DNA from: the human T2T-CHM13v2.0 reference genome, Homo sapiens
DNA: 64,000 bases
Strand: one strand, 5' to 3'
NCBI RefSeq assembly: GCF_009914755.1
Contig: NC_060933.1
The number at the start of each line of letters is the position of its first letter. The first letter of the stretch is position 1. The translations under genes and the position numbers were made by a program. Of this stretch, positions 40,325 through 54,675 are shown piece after piece. Below the pieces are notes generated by a model, which did no database searches, was not told where the DNA came from, and saw nothing but the letters and a program-made list of their open reading frames with translations.

Positions 40325-43300
40325 AACAATCATTTCATCAAATACTCAAATTGCAAGATGGTAGAAATTAATATACATTATTTATAATAGAGTTTTTAAA
40401 AAATAATTGTTAGGCATGCAATATTTATTTTTCATTAATATATAATATTTGTGCATATTTATGGGGTACATGTGATATTTCATCACATGCATAAAATGTG
40501 TAATAATCAAGTCAGGGTATTTAGAATATCATCTCTATCATTTATCATCTCTATATGTTGGGAACGTTTCAAGTCCTCTCTTCTATTTTGAAATATACAA
40601 CACATTGTTGTTAACTATAGTCACCCTATTCTGCTGTCGAACATTAGAACTTATTCCTTCTATCTAAGTGTATGTTTGTACCCCTTAACCAATCTATCTT
40701 TATCCCTCCCCTCCTCCTACACACATACCCTTCCCAGGCTCCGGTAACTCATTCTACTCTCTACCTCCTCTACCTCCATGAGATCAACTTTTTTAGCTCC
40801 CACATACAAGAGAGAACATGTAATATTTGACTTTCTGGGCCAGACTTATTTTACTTAACATAATGGCCTCCAGTTCCATCAATATTGCTGCAAATAATAG
40901 GATTTCATTTATTTATTTATGGGAAAATAGTATTCCATTGTTTATATATATCATATTTTCTTTACCTCTTCATTCACTGATGGACACTGAGGTTAACTCC
41001 ATATCTTGGCTATTGTGAATAATGGCTGTAATAAAAATGGGGATGCAAATATCCCTTTGATAAACTAATTTCCTTTCCTTTGGATAAATACCCAGTAGTG
41101 GAATTGTTGGATCATATGATAGTTCTATTTTTAATTTTTTGAGAAATATCCATTATATTTTCTGTAATGGCTGTACTAGTATACATTCTCACCCACATTG
41201 TGTGAGTTCCTTTTTCTCCACATCCTCCTCAGCATCTGTTAATTTCAGTCTTTTTTATAATAACCATTCCAACTAGGGAAAATGATATTTCATTGTGGTT
41301 TTATTTGCATTTCCCTGGTGATTAGTGATGTTGAGATTTTTTATAAACCAGTTGGTCATTTGTATGCCTTCTTTTGAGAAATATCTATTCATGTCCTTTC
41401 CCCACTTTTTAATGAGATTTTTTTTGTTAACTTCCTGAATATTCTGAATATTAGACCCCTTTCCAGATAAGTAGTTTGCAAATATTTCTCGCATTCAACA
41501 AGTTGTCTCTTCACTCTGTTGATTGTTTCCTTTGCTGTGCCCAGGTCTAGAAACCACAGCTAGCATTTTAGTGTGATATAATTTCATTTGTCTGTTTTTG
41601 GTTTTGGTGCCTATAATTTTGAGGACTTAGCCATAAAATCTTTCCCTTGCCCAATGTCCTGAAGCATTTCTTCTTAGTTATCATCTAGTAGTTTTACAGT
41701 GTGGAGTCTTACATTTAAGTCTTTAATCTACCTTGAGCTTATTTTTTTATATGGTGAGAGATAGGGGTCAAGATTCATTTTTCAGCATATAGATATCCAG
41801 TTTTCCCAGCACCATTTATTGAACAAACTCTGTTTTCCCCAATGTATGTTCTTGGTGCTTTTGTTAATTAGTTGGTTGTAAATATGTGGATTTATTTTTG
41901 GATTATCTACTTTGTTCCACTTGTCTATCTGCCAATTTTAATCCCAATACCATGCTGTTTTGGTTACTATAGTTTTATAATGCATTTTATAGTTAGCAGT
42001 GTGATGTCTCCAGCTTTGTTATTTTTCCTCAGGATTGCTTTGGCTATCTGGGCTCTTTTTTTGGTTTCATACAAATTTTAGGTTTTTATTTCTGTAATAA
42101 ACGCAGTTGGTATTTTGATAGGGATTGCATTGAATCTGTAGGTTGCTTGAGGTAATATGGCCATTTTAACAATATTAATTCTTCTGATCCATGAGCATGG
42201 ATGTCTTTCCATTTGTGTGTATCCTCTTAATTTATTTCATCAGTGTTTTGTAGTTTTTCTTATAGATATCTTTCAACTTTTTGGTTAAATTTATTTCTAG
42301 GTATTTTATGTATTTATGTAGCTATAGTAAATGGGATTTCCATCTTGATTTCCTTTGCAGCTAGTTTGTTATTCATGTATAGAAATGCTACGATTTTTTG
42401 CATGTTGATTTTGTACCCTGCAAACTTACAGAATTTGTTTATCAGGTCTAAGAGTTTTTTGTTGAATTCAGCCATGAAGCCATCTGGTCCTGGGCTTTTC
42501 TGCCTTGGAAGGCTTTTTATTATTTTACGGTCCTTTCTATTTCTGAAGCATCTGTTGTAATTTCTTTGCTTTCATTATTGATTTTATTTATTTGAATCTT
42601 CTTTCTTTAATTCTTAGACTAGCTAAGGGTTTGCATTTTTTTAAAAAAAAAACAACACTCAGTTTTATTTTTTCTACAGTTTTTATGTTCTCTACCTGAT
42701 TTATTTATGTTCTGATTTTTATTATTTACTTCCTTCTGCTAATTTGGGGCTTAGTATGTTCTTCTTTTTCTAGTTACTTGCGGTGTAATGTTAGATTATT
42801 TGCTTCAGAGCTTTCTTCTTTTTTAATGCAGGCAGTTATTGCTATGATTGTCCCTCTTAGAACTGCTTTTGCTGCATCACATAGGTTTTGACATGTTCTC
42901 TTTCCCTTGTCATTTGTCTCAAGATGTTTTTAACATCACTTTCATTTACTCTTTGACACGTTGATTGTCCAGGAACACGTTTGTTCATTTCCACATATTT
43001 GTGAATTTGTTAAGATCCTTTTGTTACTGATTTCTAGTTTCATACCATTGTGCTCTGAAACAATGCTAGATATAATTACAATCTTCAATTCATTAAGACT
43101 TGTTTTGTGGACTAACATATGGTCTATCCTAGAGAATGTGCCATACTGAAGAAAAAATGTATATTCTGGTGTTGGCTGGAGAGTTCTGGATATGACCCTT
43201 TGGTCCCTTTGGTCAAAAGTACAATTTAAGTCCAGTATTTTCTTATTAATTTTCTATCTGGTTAATCTATTTGTTTTTTGAAAGAGGGGTATTAAAGTCC

Positions 43301-43525
43301 CCTACTATTCCTGTGTTGCTATTTATGGAATTCTCATAATGTAAAAATGTGTTTGCTTAATGGTGTCCTGTTAAGTTCCATAGGCTGTCTTTACTGTTTT
43401 TCATTCTTTCTTTTTTTTCTGTTACTGAGTCATTTTAAATTATTTATCTTCAAGTTCACAGATTACTTCTTCTGCTTGATCTAGTCTGCTACTAAAGCTC
43501 TCAATTGTTTGATTTCATTGACTGA

Positions 43526-44168
<643 letters not shown>

Positions 44169-44929
44169 CCAGCCAGTTCATTTTTATGATATCTATATCA
44201 TTGTTGAGTTTTTCATTAAGATCATGAATTGTTTTTCTGATTTCATTGAATTGTTTGTTTTCTCTTGGGTCCCACTGAGTTTTCTTAAGATAATTATCTT
44301 GAATTTCTTGTCAGGCAATTTGTAAATTTTCATTTCTTTGGGATTAGTTACTGGACAATTATTGTGTTCCTTTGGTGGTGTCATGATTCCTTGCTTTTTA
44401 AAATGTGTCTTGTGTTTCTGCATTGATGTTTGCCCATCTGGTGGTACAGTTAACTCTTCCAAACTTCACAGAATGAGTTTTATAGGGGAAGACTTTCACT
44501 TGCAGACTGACTCAAGAGTGCCAGTTGGGCAGGGTGTAGTGGCTCTGGTTTCACTTAGGCACAGTGGTATAGTCTTCATGCAGCTTCTTCAGTTATGATC
44601 AACATTAGCAATGACTATAAGTACCTCAGTGCTCTATGCTACAGGAGTTTGTGTGTGACAGTGGCTGTGTTATTATAGAGCAATGACTTTAGGGGTCCTA
44701 ACAGGATATGACAATAGTCTAGGTTCTGCGAAGTCAGGTGCAATGGTAGCAAAGACCCAGGAATGGCAAGTTGCCACTGTGGCTTGGGCCCCAGGGGCAG
44801 GAAGCAGCACAGTGCTGACTCTACTACCTGGAGAGGCAAGATGTATCAGCATCTCAGACTGCACAGGACTAGTCCAATTCCAGGTAGGTGGAATACTGTG
44901 GCTGTTAGGCCTGGAGGACAGTCCAGCCA

Positions 44930-45420
44930 AGGCTCTGATCTTCTAGGACATGAGGAGTTACATCTGATTGACCCCAGAAAGTGTGCCTACACAGGTAAGC
45001 AGAATCTCTGGATCCCTGGGGGTGGGGCACTGTGTCAACTGTGATGCTGGAAGGTGCAGTTGCTCTGGTGTGCCAAAGGCTTGGAGCCTTGGGAGGTCAG
45101 GTGTTGCATCACCTGCCAGATGAGGAATGAGACTACTCCAGAGTGCAGGAGACCTGAGGTCCCTGGGAGATAAGACATTGTATCTGCTCTAGGGCCAGGG
45201 TGAAACTGCTCCAGTGTCCCAAAGGCCTGAAGTCCCTGAAGCAGGAGTGCTACTTCAGCTGTGGCTCCAAGGGTCACAACTGCTCTTGTGTGCAGAAGGC
45301 CTGAGGTCCCCAGTGGGTGAGGTGCTGTGTTGGCTGTGATGACAGGGGTGCAACTGCTCTGATATTTCAAGGCTTCAGGTCCCTGAGGGTGGAGAATCAT
45401 TTCAGCTCAACCCTGTGGGG
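44930..45420. repeat. Degenerate ~74-bp tandem array within the L1 5' UTR
   Basis: 'cctgaggtccc'-like core recurs at ~45007, 45079, 45153, 45226, 45300 and 45373. Confidence 0.7.
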
Positions 45421-46129
45421 AGGTTGTGCCAGGAACTGAGATGAGGAGGATGAAGCAGCTTTGTGGTAACTTGGCCATAGGAAGTAGGTTATAGCAGCAG
45501 CTCTGCTTAGGGATGGCACACTACCAGGTAGGCATGGTGCAGTGGCAGCTGAGCCTCAGAGATGGAGAGACAGAGGGCTGCAGTGGTGCCCCATAGCAGG
45601 ACATACTCTAGCAGGGGCTTCAATTTTAAGACGGCACAGAGCAGTAACAGCGTGGGTCACTGGGAGGCAAGGCACAGCACAGGCTCTTTCTCTGGGGGTA
45701 GCTCAGCATGTAGACTCCCAGGAGCTCCCTCAGCTGGACTCAGAACCTATGAGGACTGTAGGAATCTCCAGTAGCAAATACTACAGGTGTCCACGGTGGT
45801 GATGGGTGCTGTTGGGGTCCTCTGGCTTACCTTTTTCCCTGCAGGGAGAAATCCCTCCTAGTTCTGAGCTGATCCTGACTGAGGGGATGGAGTGGCTGAG
45901 GTAGGTTGTTTCTTTCCTGCTCTTTGTGACTGTCTTGGGTTTCCGTGCTCTACAGGATTTCTGCTGCTTCTTTGCTGTTCTCCTTTAAAGGTGATCTCCT
46001 TTAATTATTTTGGTCAAAATGTAGTTTATTTGTTGTTTGGATTTTTTTATGGGGTAGGGAGAGTGCAAGAAATTTCTAGTCAGCCATCTTGATAACATCA
46101 TTCTATGATGGACTTTTTCAGTATAATTT

Positions 46130-47530
46130 TTGTTTTACAAAGTAAAATTTTTCTATAAGGCATATAATACAAAACAGCTTTAGGAAGTTTAGAAAGTTAA
46201 ATAATTCCTCAAATCTTACAATAAAAAGCACCTAGCTCCTGCCTGTCCCTCCCAATCCAGTCCTTCCCCCCAGAGATGCTCCTTCTCAATTCTTTTAAGA
46301 GTTGTTTCTTTTACAGTGAGTTGTATATTGCCAATTAAAATGATTGACTGCTATATCTTCCTTTGTAAATATTTTAGGCATTATTTATTTCCTGTTAGAT
46401 ACACTACTTCTATTATGCTACCACCCTCACTTCCCTTCTTTCTTTTCTACAAGTATAGTTAGCTTAACTTTTGCTAAAATAAATATTTACTAATAAACAT
46501 AATTATGGCTGCATAAATATTATTTCTAAGCCAATTAGTATGCCATGATTACATTTCCTTTCTTATACAATTTCTTTATTTTTCCTAAAGTTATTAATTA
46601 CCTAACGTTTATAAAATTTACTTAGATTTCTCTCTACTTTATAGTGATTCTCTCTATAGACTCTTGCAGAGCTATGAGCCTCCTCTTAATGCTATTATGT
46701 GTTCCACATTGTCAAATGCATGAGATAATGTAGCATTTCTTTCTCTCTTTTTTTCCTAGATACTTGCCTCCTCAAGTTTTCTGTCTTCCTACTATAATTG
46801 AGGCTGATTATCTCTAAGCCTGCAGCATAGCTATTATCCCACACTTTCCTTTTGCCATCTTTGGAACTTTCCTTAACCTTTCTCCTGTGTTGGATTCCTT
46901 GTATCATCTATTTCACAGCTTACTCTTTTTTTATTTACTCATTACTATGGTAAATATTCTCCATCAGCCTCTTGAGAAAGGATATATAGGAAATGTTAAG
47001 TGTCGAGTCCTTTCACATTTCAAAACGTCGATGTTCTAATTCACAGTTGACTAATGGCATTTGGATGGTTTCCAATTTTCCTCTCTTACAAACTCATGCT
47101 TCAGTTAAGATTCTTGTAACATCTCCTTCCATAAGTGGATAACATTTTCTGTTACATGCACTTAGATGTAAAACTGTTGGATGTTAAAATAGGAATAAGT
47201 TTAATTATATAAGATATTGCCAAATTCCTCTCTAATGTAATTTCTACCAATTCATACCTCATGAGAAGGGTTAAAGTGTTCTCATTTAGGTTATTTTTAA
47301 TTCATTATGCTGGCCACCCAATGAGCCCTTTCAATCTGGAGATCCTTGTCCTTTAGTGCCAAGAAAATATCTGGCAGTATTATCTTAATAATTTTTTTCT
47401 CAATTTTTACTCTTCCTGGAAGTCGTAATAAACTCAGACCAACCCTCTAAATACATTATCTGATTTTCTTGCTTTTATTCTTATATTGTTCTATTTTTAA
47501 GTTTTTACCATTTAGCTTTATTGACCTTCT
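46130..47530 (-). mobile_element. Very old L1ME/HAL1-type fragments
   Basis: T-rich, with motifs such as 'gagccctttcaatctggaga' and 'ggcatttggatggtttccaatttt'. Confidence 0.5.
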
Positions 47531-47537
47531 TTAATGT

Positions 47538-48322
47538 ATGTTTTTCAATTGACAAAAATTGTATATATTTATTATGTATATCAGGAGTCCCCACCCCCAG
47601 ACTATGGACCGGTACCAGTCTGTGGCCTGTTAGGAACTGGGCCATGCAGCACGAGGTGAGCGGCAAGTGAAGGAAGCATCATCTGTATTTACAGCTGCTC
47701 CCTATCACTCACATTATTGCCTAAGCTCCACCTCCTGTCAGATCAGTGGAGGCATTAGATTCTCACAGGAGTGCAAACCCTATTGTGAACTGCACATGCA
47801 AGGGATCTAGGTTGTACACTCCTTATGATAATCTAATGCCTGATGATCTGCCACTGTCTCCCATCACCCCCAGATGGGACAATCTAGTTGCAGGAAAACA
47901 TGCTCAAGGCTCTCACTGATTCTACATAATGATGAGTTGTATAATTATTTCATTATATATTACAACATAATAATAATAGAAATAAAGTGCACAATAAATG
48001 TAATGTTCTTGAATCACCCTGAAACCATCCCTTTCCCACGGCCTGTGGAAAAATTAGCTTTCACAAAACCAGTCCTTGGTGCCAAAAGGCACTGATGTAC
48101 ATAATGTTTTGAAATATGTATACATTGTGGAATGGTTAAACCAAGCAAGTTAACATATGCACTAATTCCTTTATCATTTGTTCGTGGTGAGACACTTAAA
48201 ATCTACTCTCTTAGCAATTCTCAAGCATACAATACATTGTTATTAACTATAGTCACCATGTTGTACAGTAGATCTTGAACTTATTCTTCTGTTTAACTGA
48301 AAATTTTGTGTCCTTTGACCAA
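47538..48322 (-). mobile_element. L1MA8-10-type 3' end, split by MER1A
   Basis: 'aattgacaaaaattgtatatattta'...'gttttgaaatatgtatacattgtggaatgg'...'ccatgttgtacagtagatc'. Confidence 0.85.
47582..48094. mobile_element. MER1A (hAT-Charlie)
   Basis: 'caggagtcccc...ggaccggtaccagtctgtggcctgttaggaac...ggtgccaaaagg'; 8-bp TSD atgtatat (47574-81) / atgtacat (48095-102). Confidence 0.93.
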
Positions 48323-50081
48323 AATGCATTTGTCTGACATTTGTACACCTTCTTTTTCTTGGAAAATTTTCCAACTTTTTTTCTTTGTTGGACATTTTTA
48401 ACTTGAGTTAGTGTATTTTCCAGGATCCTTTTCTTCTTTGCTAATACTTTTTTTTCAAAATCATCTTGTAGCCTCTTCATGGAGGAAATATATTTTCTCA
48501 TATTTCTAAGGATATTAATCATAGTTGGATTTTTTCTTCTTTATGTTTTCTATGATGTATCTGTTTAATTTTTAAATTCCTTTTATCTTATTTATTCTTT
48601 CTTTTGATCAGAATTGTTTCTTAAACATCTGGCAATCCTTGGGTCCTCCTTTATATTTTAGAATGATACACTCAAATATATATGGGAGCCTTTGTAGCCA
48701 CTGGCTGAGTCTGACAACCGGTAGGCTTTAACAGAGAATGCACGAAGACTTCTATTAGTACTTCTATCTCTTGCCTTCACTATGGATCAACCACATTGTC
48801 TACCATACTTGTCCCTTACTCTGGATTCTCTCTAATCCAGAAATAAGCTGGTTTCCTTCTGATCCAGAAAATAAACTTCAGGTCTCCTTAGGAATGTACT
48901 GTGGGAAGGGAAGATCCTGGTGGGATAAAAGATAATTTGGCATCACATATTTAACTGTCACCCTAAATGAATCTGATGTATGTGAATATTCAAAGACAAT
49001 AATTTGAGAAATACTAAAAACAGTGATCAAAAAAGCACTTCCAGCTCTAAAATTATAGTTCTGTAATACAAAGCAGCAACAATGTGACTAATATATTAAT
49101 TTGTATTTTATATTCTTTCATCAAGGATTAGCATGCTAATAAGATTCCAAAAAGGGCAAAGATGTTACTAAATTATTTTAAAATCTCTTTTAATGCTGAC
49201 AAATTCTTAAAATGCTTGGCTGCTTTTGTTTCTCTGAACATAATCTGAGATAGATGAGCAAAACTAGATTTAAAACAGTGGCAATGAACTCGCTATAACT
49301 TAGCATAATCATGCTCTCATGATTATTTTACAACATGTTTTGGGCTTTTATAGTAGTCTTGCACGTAGACAAACTTGAGCAGAAACCAAGTCCATTCCTC
49401 AGAGAATAACACTGAATTTTGCTAAGCTACTTTCTAATTTTATTTATAATAATAATTTTGGTTTTGCCAAAAGTGACTGATTACTAATATTGCCATCATT
49501 TATATTGTAACCCTAAATGGTCTTCCTCCAAAATAAATTTCTTCTTCTTAATATTCTATTCTTGATATCTCAAAGCTTCCTTCTCTTCTTCTTTCAAACT
49601 TAGAGACAGGTCACCTATCTTGGAAAACATAGAAATATGACTTCATTCTACAAATTCCTCTGAATCCCACTTTATTTATCTTCTCAGTTTTCATTCACTA
49701 CCAAGTGACTAATTTGCTTCTATTGCTTCTAACTCTTTGCAGTTTGATTCCTGCCTCACCCCAGAAACCACACCCTTATAGTGATGGTTTTATCACCTTT
49801 CTTCTCAGTTGCCTAGGCTTCCTCAACAAATATCATGTCCTGAGTGCCAACTTCTTCTCCTATATTGAAATCTTTGCTTATGTAGTTTGCCCTGTTAACA
49901 ATGCCTACTTTTCTCACCAGCTGTCCAAATCATGCCAGTTCTTGAAGGTATAGGTTAAAATTTTCACACTAATAGAAGCCATAACAATTAAAAGTACTCT
50001 GTTTAATTTCTTGCTTCTTATTCCACTAATGTGACAGTTCCACATACTACCATAAATTATCTTTGCATATATTGTCTATTT

Positions 50082-51345
50082 GTAAAAATAGACAAATTAG
50101 ACTTTATCAAAATTAAAGATTTTGTGGATCAAAATACATTATTCATGAAATGAAAAGACAATCCACAGAATAGGAGAAAATGTATGCTAACCTTATATGC
50201 GATAAATGTCTTATATGCAGAATATATAAAGAATTCTTACAATTCAACAATGAAAAGACAAATAACCCACACAGAGAATTCAAATAAATATTTCTCCAGG
50301 CCGGGCACGGTGGCTCACATCTGTAATCCCAGAACTTTGGGAGGCTGAGGTGAGTGAATCACCTGAGGTCAGGAGTTCAAGACCAGCCTGGCCAACATGG
50401 TGAAAACCATCTCTACTAAAAATACAAAAATTAGCTGGGCATGGTGGTATGCATCTATAATCCCAGCTACTCAGGAGGCTGAGGCACAAGAATCACTTAA
50501 ACCTGGGAGGCGGAGACTGCGGTGAGCTGAGATTGGGCCACTGCACTCCAGCCTGGGCAACAGAGCAAGACTCGGTCTTAAAAAAAAAAAAAAAAATCTC
50601 CAAAGAAGACATATAAATTCCCAATAAGCACATAAAAAGATGCTCAACAAAACTACAAAGGGGTGCCACTTAACAACCACTAAGACTGCTAAAATAAAAA
50701 AGACAAATAATAACAAGTGCTGGCAAGAATGTGGAGACATTAGAACCCTCACACATTGTTGGTAGAATTATAAATAATGGAATCACTTTGGAAATCAATT
50801 TGGCAGTCCTTCAAAAGTTTAAACACAGTGTTACCATATAAGCTGGCAATTTTACTCCTAGGTACATACCCAAGAGAACTGAAAACATATGTCCACACAA
50901 AGACTTGTACAAAAAATGTTCATGGTAACATTATTCATAATAGACAAAAATGAAAACCTTAAATGTCATTAACTGATGAATGGATAAATAAAATATGGCA
51001 TATTGATACAATGGAATAGTAATCATCCATAGAAAGGAATGAAGTATTGATATATGCTATCAGTATTTCAAGGATAAACATTGAAAACATTATGCTTAGT
51101 GAAAGGAGCCAACCACAAAAGGCCATACATTGTATGATTCCATTTTTAGTCAATGTCCAGAATGGGCAAATCCAGAGACAGAGAAAGTACATTAGTAGTT
51201 GCCAGGAGCTAAAGGGAGGAGAGAATAGAGAGTGACTGCTAATGAATATAGAGCTTCTTTTGGGGTGGTAAAAATGTTCTGGGATTACACAGTGGTGATG
51301 GTTGTACAACTCTGTGAACACATTAATGAATTTTACATTTTAAAA
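50082..51345 (+). mobile_element. L1MB 3' portion
   Basis: ORF2 C-terminus and 3' UTR 'gtgactgctaatgaatatagagcttcttttggggtgg...gtggtgatggttgtacaactctgtgaa'. Confidence 0.9.
50299..50596 (+). mobile_element. AluSx inside L1MB
   Basis: Full dimer 'tcacctgaggtcaggagttc'; flanked by tctcca. Confidence 0.96.
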
Positions 51346-53098
51346 AGCTTATCATACACCATGATATATTGTCAAAATCTATTCAGTGATTATGGAAAGA
51401 CAGCAATATGTTGTGTCAATATATAATTAATTTATATAATAAAAATTAGTTTCTCAAAAGTACATAAATTTCCTTCCTTCATGAAAATTATAATAAATCA
51501 CTTTTTAACCTAAAGCACTATCAGCGCTGAATGCATTTTTGCTTTATTGAATAATAATTTGTTTCATTTTTAGTCTAGACTTCCTCAGAGAACATTTTTA
51601 GAAAAAGGAATTATCTTTTGCTTGGTTTTGTTGTCTATCACTAAGTGCATGTATTTATCTGTCTGTAAGTGTATATACTGGCACAGAACAAAAAAGGAGA
51701 AAGAAATTTGCTTTGCGGGTGTCATCATTTTAACCTCAAAACAACATTTTCATCATTTTCGTGGTATTTGCTGAACTAATTTATTTTGATGTTGTATAGA
51801 CATATCACTGACATTCAAAACAAATGATAATCATTAGTCATGAGGTGCCAGGATTTCCTTTCTCTCAAACAATTCTACATCACTGAGGAACAATGCTGAG
51901 GACACTTCTACATCTGGATAGTTTCCTGCAGATTTAATACATGCTAACTGACATTCTGTTAATTCCTTTTAATCTTTGCTATTGTCTGAATTCCAAAAAC
52001 AAACCTAAACATATATCAACTCTCACTCGAAACTCTTGGCAATGAGTTTAGACTCAATACACACTGCTAGAAAGAAAAAAGGGAGGCAAGGAAAAAGAAA
52101 AAAAAAGAAATTTGAAGCATCTTCACCACTGTAATCAGCATTCTTTAAATTATAAAGGGGAAGCAAATTTTACCAGTAAAATAATAAGATAAAAGATATT
52201 ACTAACGGTCTTCAAGTGGTTGTCATTCTCTAATATTGGCACAGTGAATGGTGTCCAACATACATTAAGAATCCTCAGGGTTTGGGCTCCTCTAACTCTT
52301 CAAAACATTGACATCGTCTGATGAGAGGTAGAAAGGAAATGTCACCCATGGAATTATAGCTTTTATTTAATGTATAAAAGCTAACTCAATATTACTGTGA
52401 TCATTAGGTTATGGCTACTAGTAATAACTTCCAATTTTACCATGCTGTGTTCGAAGCACTTATACATTTATTTAATTTTATTTTCACATCACCATTTAAA
52501 ATCAGAAGAAATTAAGTATTACTAGGATCGCTTTCCAGATAAATACACTAAAATGCAGATCTAACTCCCTTGTCTTTGTAGTCTGGTTTTCACATGGTCC
52601 AATACCTTTTTTTCTCAAACCTTTCCTTTGTAAAAATACCACAAAAACATATGGAATATAAACCAATAGCTTAAGCATACATGGTCTAACCTGTTCCTTA
52701 ATAAGCAGTCACATATTTTTCAGACTAGCTTTTTAGAATAATTTATATGGTTTTATAAGTAATTATTCTTATAACAAAGAGGAATTAAATAAAATTTCAA
52801 GTGTAAATATACGCTATAACATAAAGTGCCCCAAGGATCATCCATGCCTGACCTCTCAAGGGAAGTTTAAGAGAAAAGAGCAAGACTTCAGCACCAGCTA
52901 CTGCAAGTCTCTTCTTCAATTTGTGTTTGAGTTTGTATCTTGGATTTGTTTGTAAGGCATCGTACACCAGAGATTATTTCTGTATTTCCTCATGAAAATG
53001 TGCCTAAGATGTGACAAAATGTGCTTTTTGTCATGTTTAATACATTTATTAAGAAATTATTCTAAAATATTTGGGGAATAAGAAAAAGAAGGTGATAT

Positions 53099-53422
53099 AT
53101 ATATATATATAGATATATACAGAGAGAGATACATAGATATTTTTTAGACAGAGTCTTGCTGTGTCGCCCAGGCTGGAGTGCAGTGGCGCAATCTCCACCC
53201 ACTGCAAGCTCTGCCTCCCGGGTTCACGCCATTCTCCTGCCTCAGCCTCCTGAGTAGCTGGGACTACAGGTGCCCGCCACCACACCCTGCTAATTTTTTG
53301 TATTTTTAGTAGAGACGGGGTTTCACTCTGTTAGCCAGGATGGTCTCGATCTGATCTCGTGATCTGCCCACCTCGGCCTCCCAAAGTGCTGGGATTACAA
53401 GCGTGAGCCACCACGCCCGGCC
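53099..53422 (-). mobile_element. AluY whose tail has become a (TA)n/(GA)n microsatellite
   Basis: 'gcaagctctgcctcccgggttcacgccattc'; TSD aagaaggtgatat at 53086-98 and 53423-35. Confidence 0.96.
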
Positions 53423-53497
53423 AAGAAGGTGATATTTCAAGTCTCCTTTTGGGATGAATTTTGCTAGGTGAGCAGATAAATCACATGTTTTTGCATT

Positions 53498-53965
53498 TAT
53501 TATTATTCGGTGAATATTTATTATTGATCTGTAATTCTGTGCCAGGTTTATTTCTGGCACCGAAGACACAGCATTAAACAAGAAATAGAAATTCTTTGCC
53601 ACCCATGAGCTTATATTGTAGTGGCTGTAAATGGACAATAAACAAATGCAAAAAATAAAAGAATATTGGAGAGTGGAAGTTTGTATATAGAGAACTAAAA
53701 CAGGGTAATGTAAGAGAATAACTGAGTAGATATTTTTGCGTGAGTTGTCAAGGAAGGCCTCTGTTGAAGGTGATATTTAAGCTGAGATTTAAAACCAAAC
53801 ACTATAACAATGTGGGAGGAAGCTACGATGTTCTAAAGTATAATAAGCTTGACTTGTTGAAGAGCAAAAAGAAGCCCATTGGGGCTTAACAATAGAGGCC
53901 AACAAGAAAGTGATACAGATGATGTTGGAGAGCTAGGTAGGAACCAGATCACATCAGGGTTTGTG
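53498..53965 (-). mobile_element. L2 3' region
   Basis: 'aatatttattattga...ctgtgccagg...catgagcttatattgtagtgg...aggaaggcctct...ggtgatatttaagctgaga'. Confidence 0.85.
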
Positions 53966-54459
53966 TACTGACAGGAAAGACCTAGCACAGAGTAAGATAT
54001 TGATGATGGTGGATAGAAAGGGAATCACAATACAGCATTATAGTACTAGCTTTTCATTTGCCTCTCTTCTGCTTTATGCCATTTTTGGAGTGACTTAATT
54101 GGGATACAAGTATACTAATCACCCCATAAAAATAGTGATGATGAAGATTTCCAGTAAAAAGAACTCCATTAGTTCTCATTCTGATGGAGCCACGCTGTCC
54201 CAAACAAAATTAAAAAAATAAAACATTATGAACATCACAAAAATCAAGATAAAGATTTTATAAGTAAAAAAGGGGAAAAATACAAAGTAGTCACCTGTAC
54301 TGGAGGCATGAGCTAAAGACTTCTAGGTCTGAAAAAGATGTTGACAGCTGGCAGATTAAAAGAGACAGGACCAAGCTCATTGTTTGCAGCCAGAGGGTTT
54401 GGTGGGGTTATTTCCTTTTTTAGAAAAAGGACTGAAAAATATCCCTACTATTTTTAGAG

Positions 54460-54675
54460 CAGAGGTTCTCAGTAAGAAGTATTTTTACCACGCAACCCCC
54501 AGGGGACATTTGGTAATGCCTGCAGACATTTTGATTGTCAAAACTGGGAAGGGAGAATAGCTGCTCACATCTAGTGTGTAGAGGCTGGGGAGTCTGTAAA
54601 ATATCCAGCAGTGCACAAAAAAGCCCCCAGCAACAAAGAAATATCTGGCCCAAACTGTCAATGGTGCCAACGTAT
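54460..54675. mobile_element. MER20 (hAT-Charlie)
   Basis: 'cagaggttctca...ccccaggggacatttggtaatg...gacattttgattgtca...atctggcccaaactgtcaatggtgcca'. Confidence 0.9.

Noticed and set aside
51835-51930. Possible minus-strand exon (GNYPDVEVSSALFLSD...)
   Set aside because: Weak polypyrimidine tract, stop after ~30 codons, no recognisable protein.
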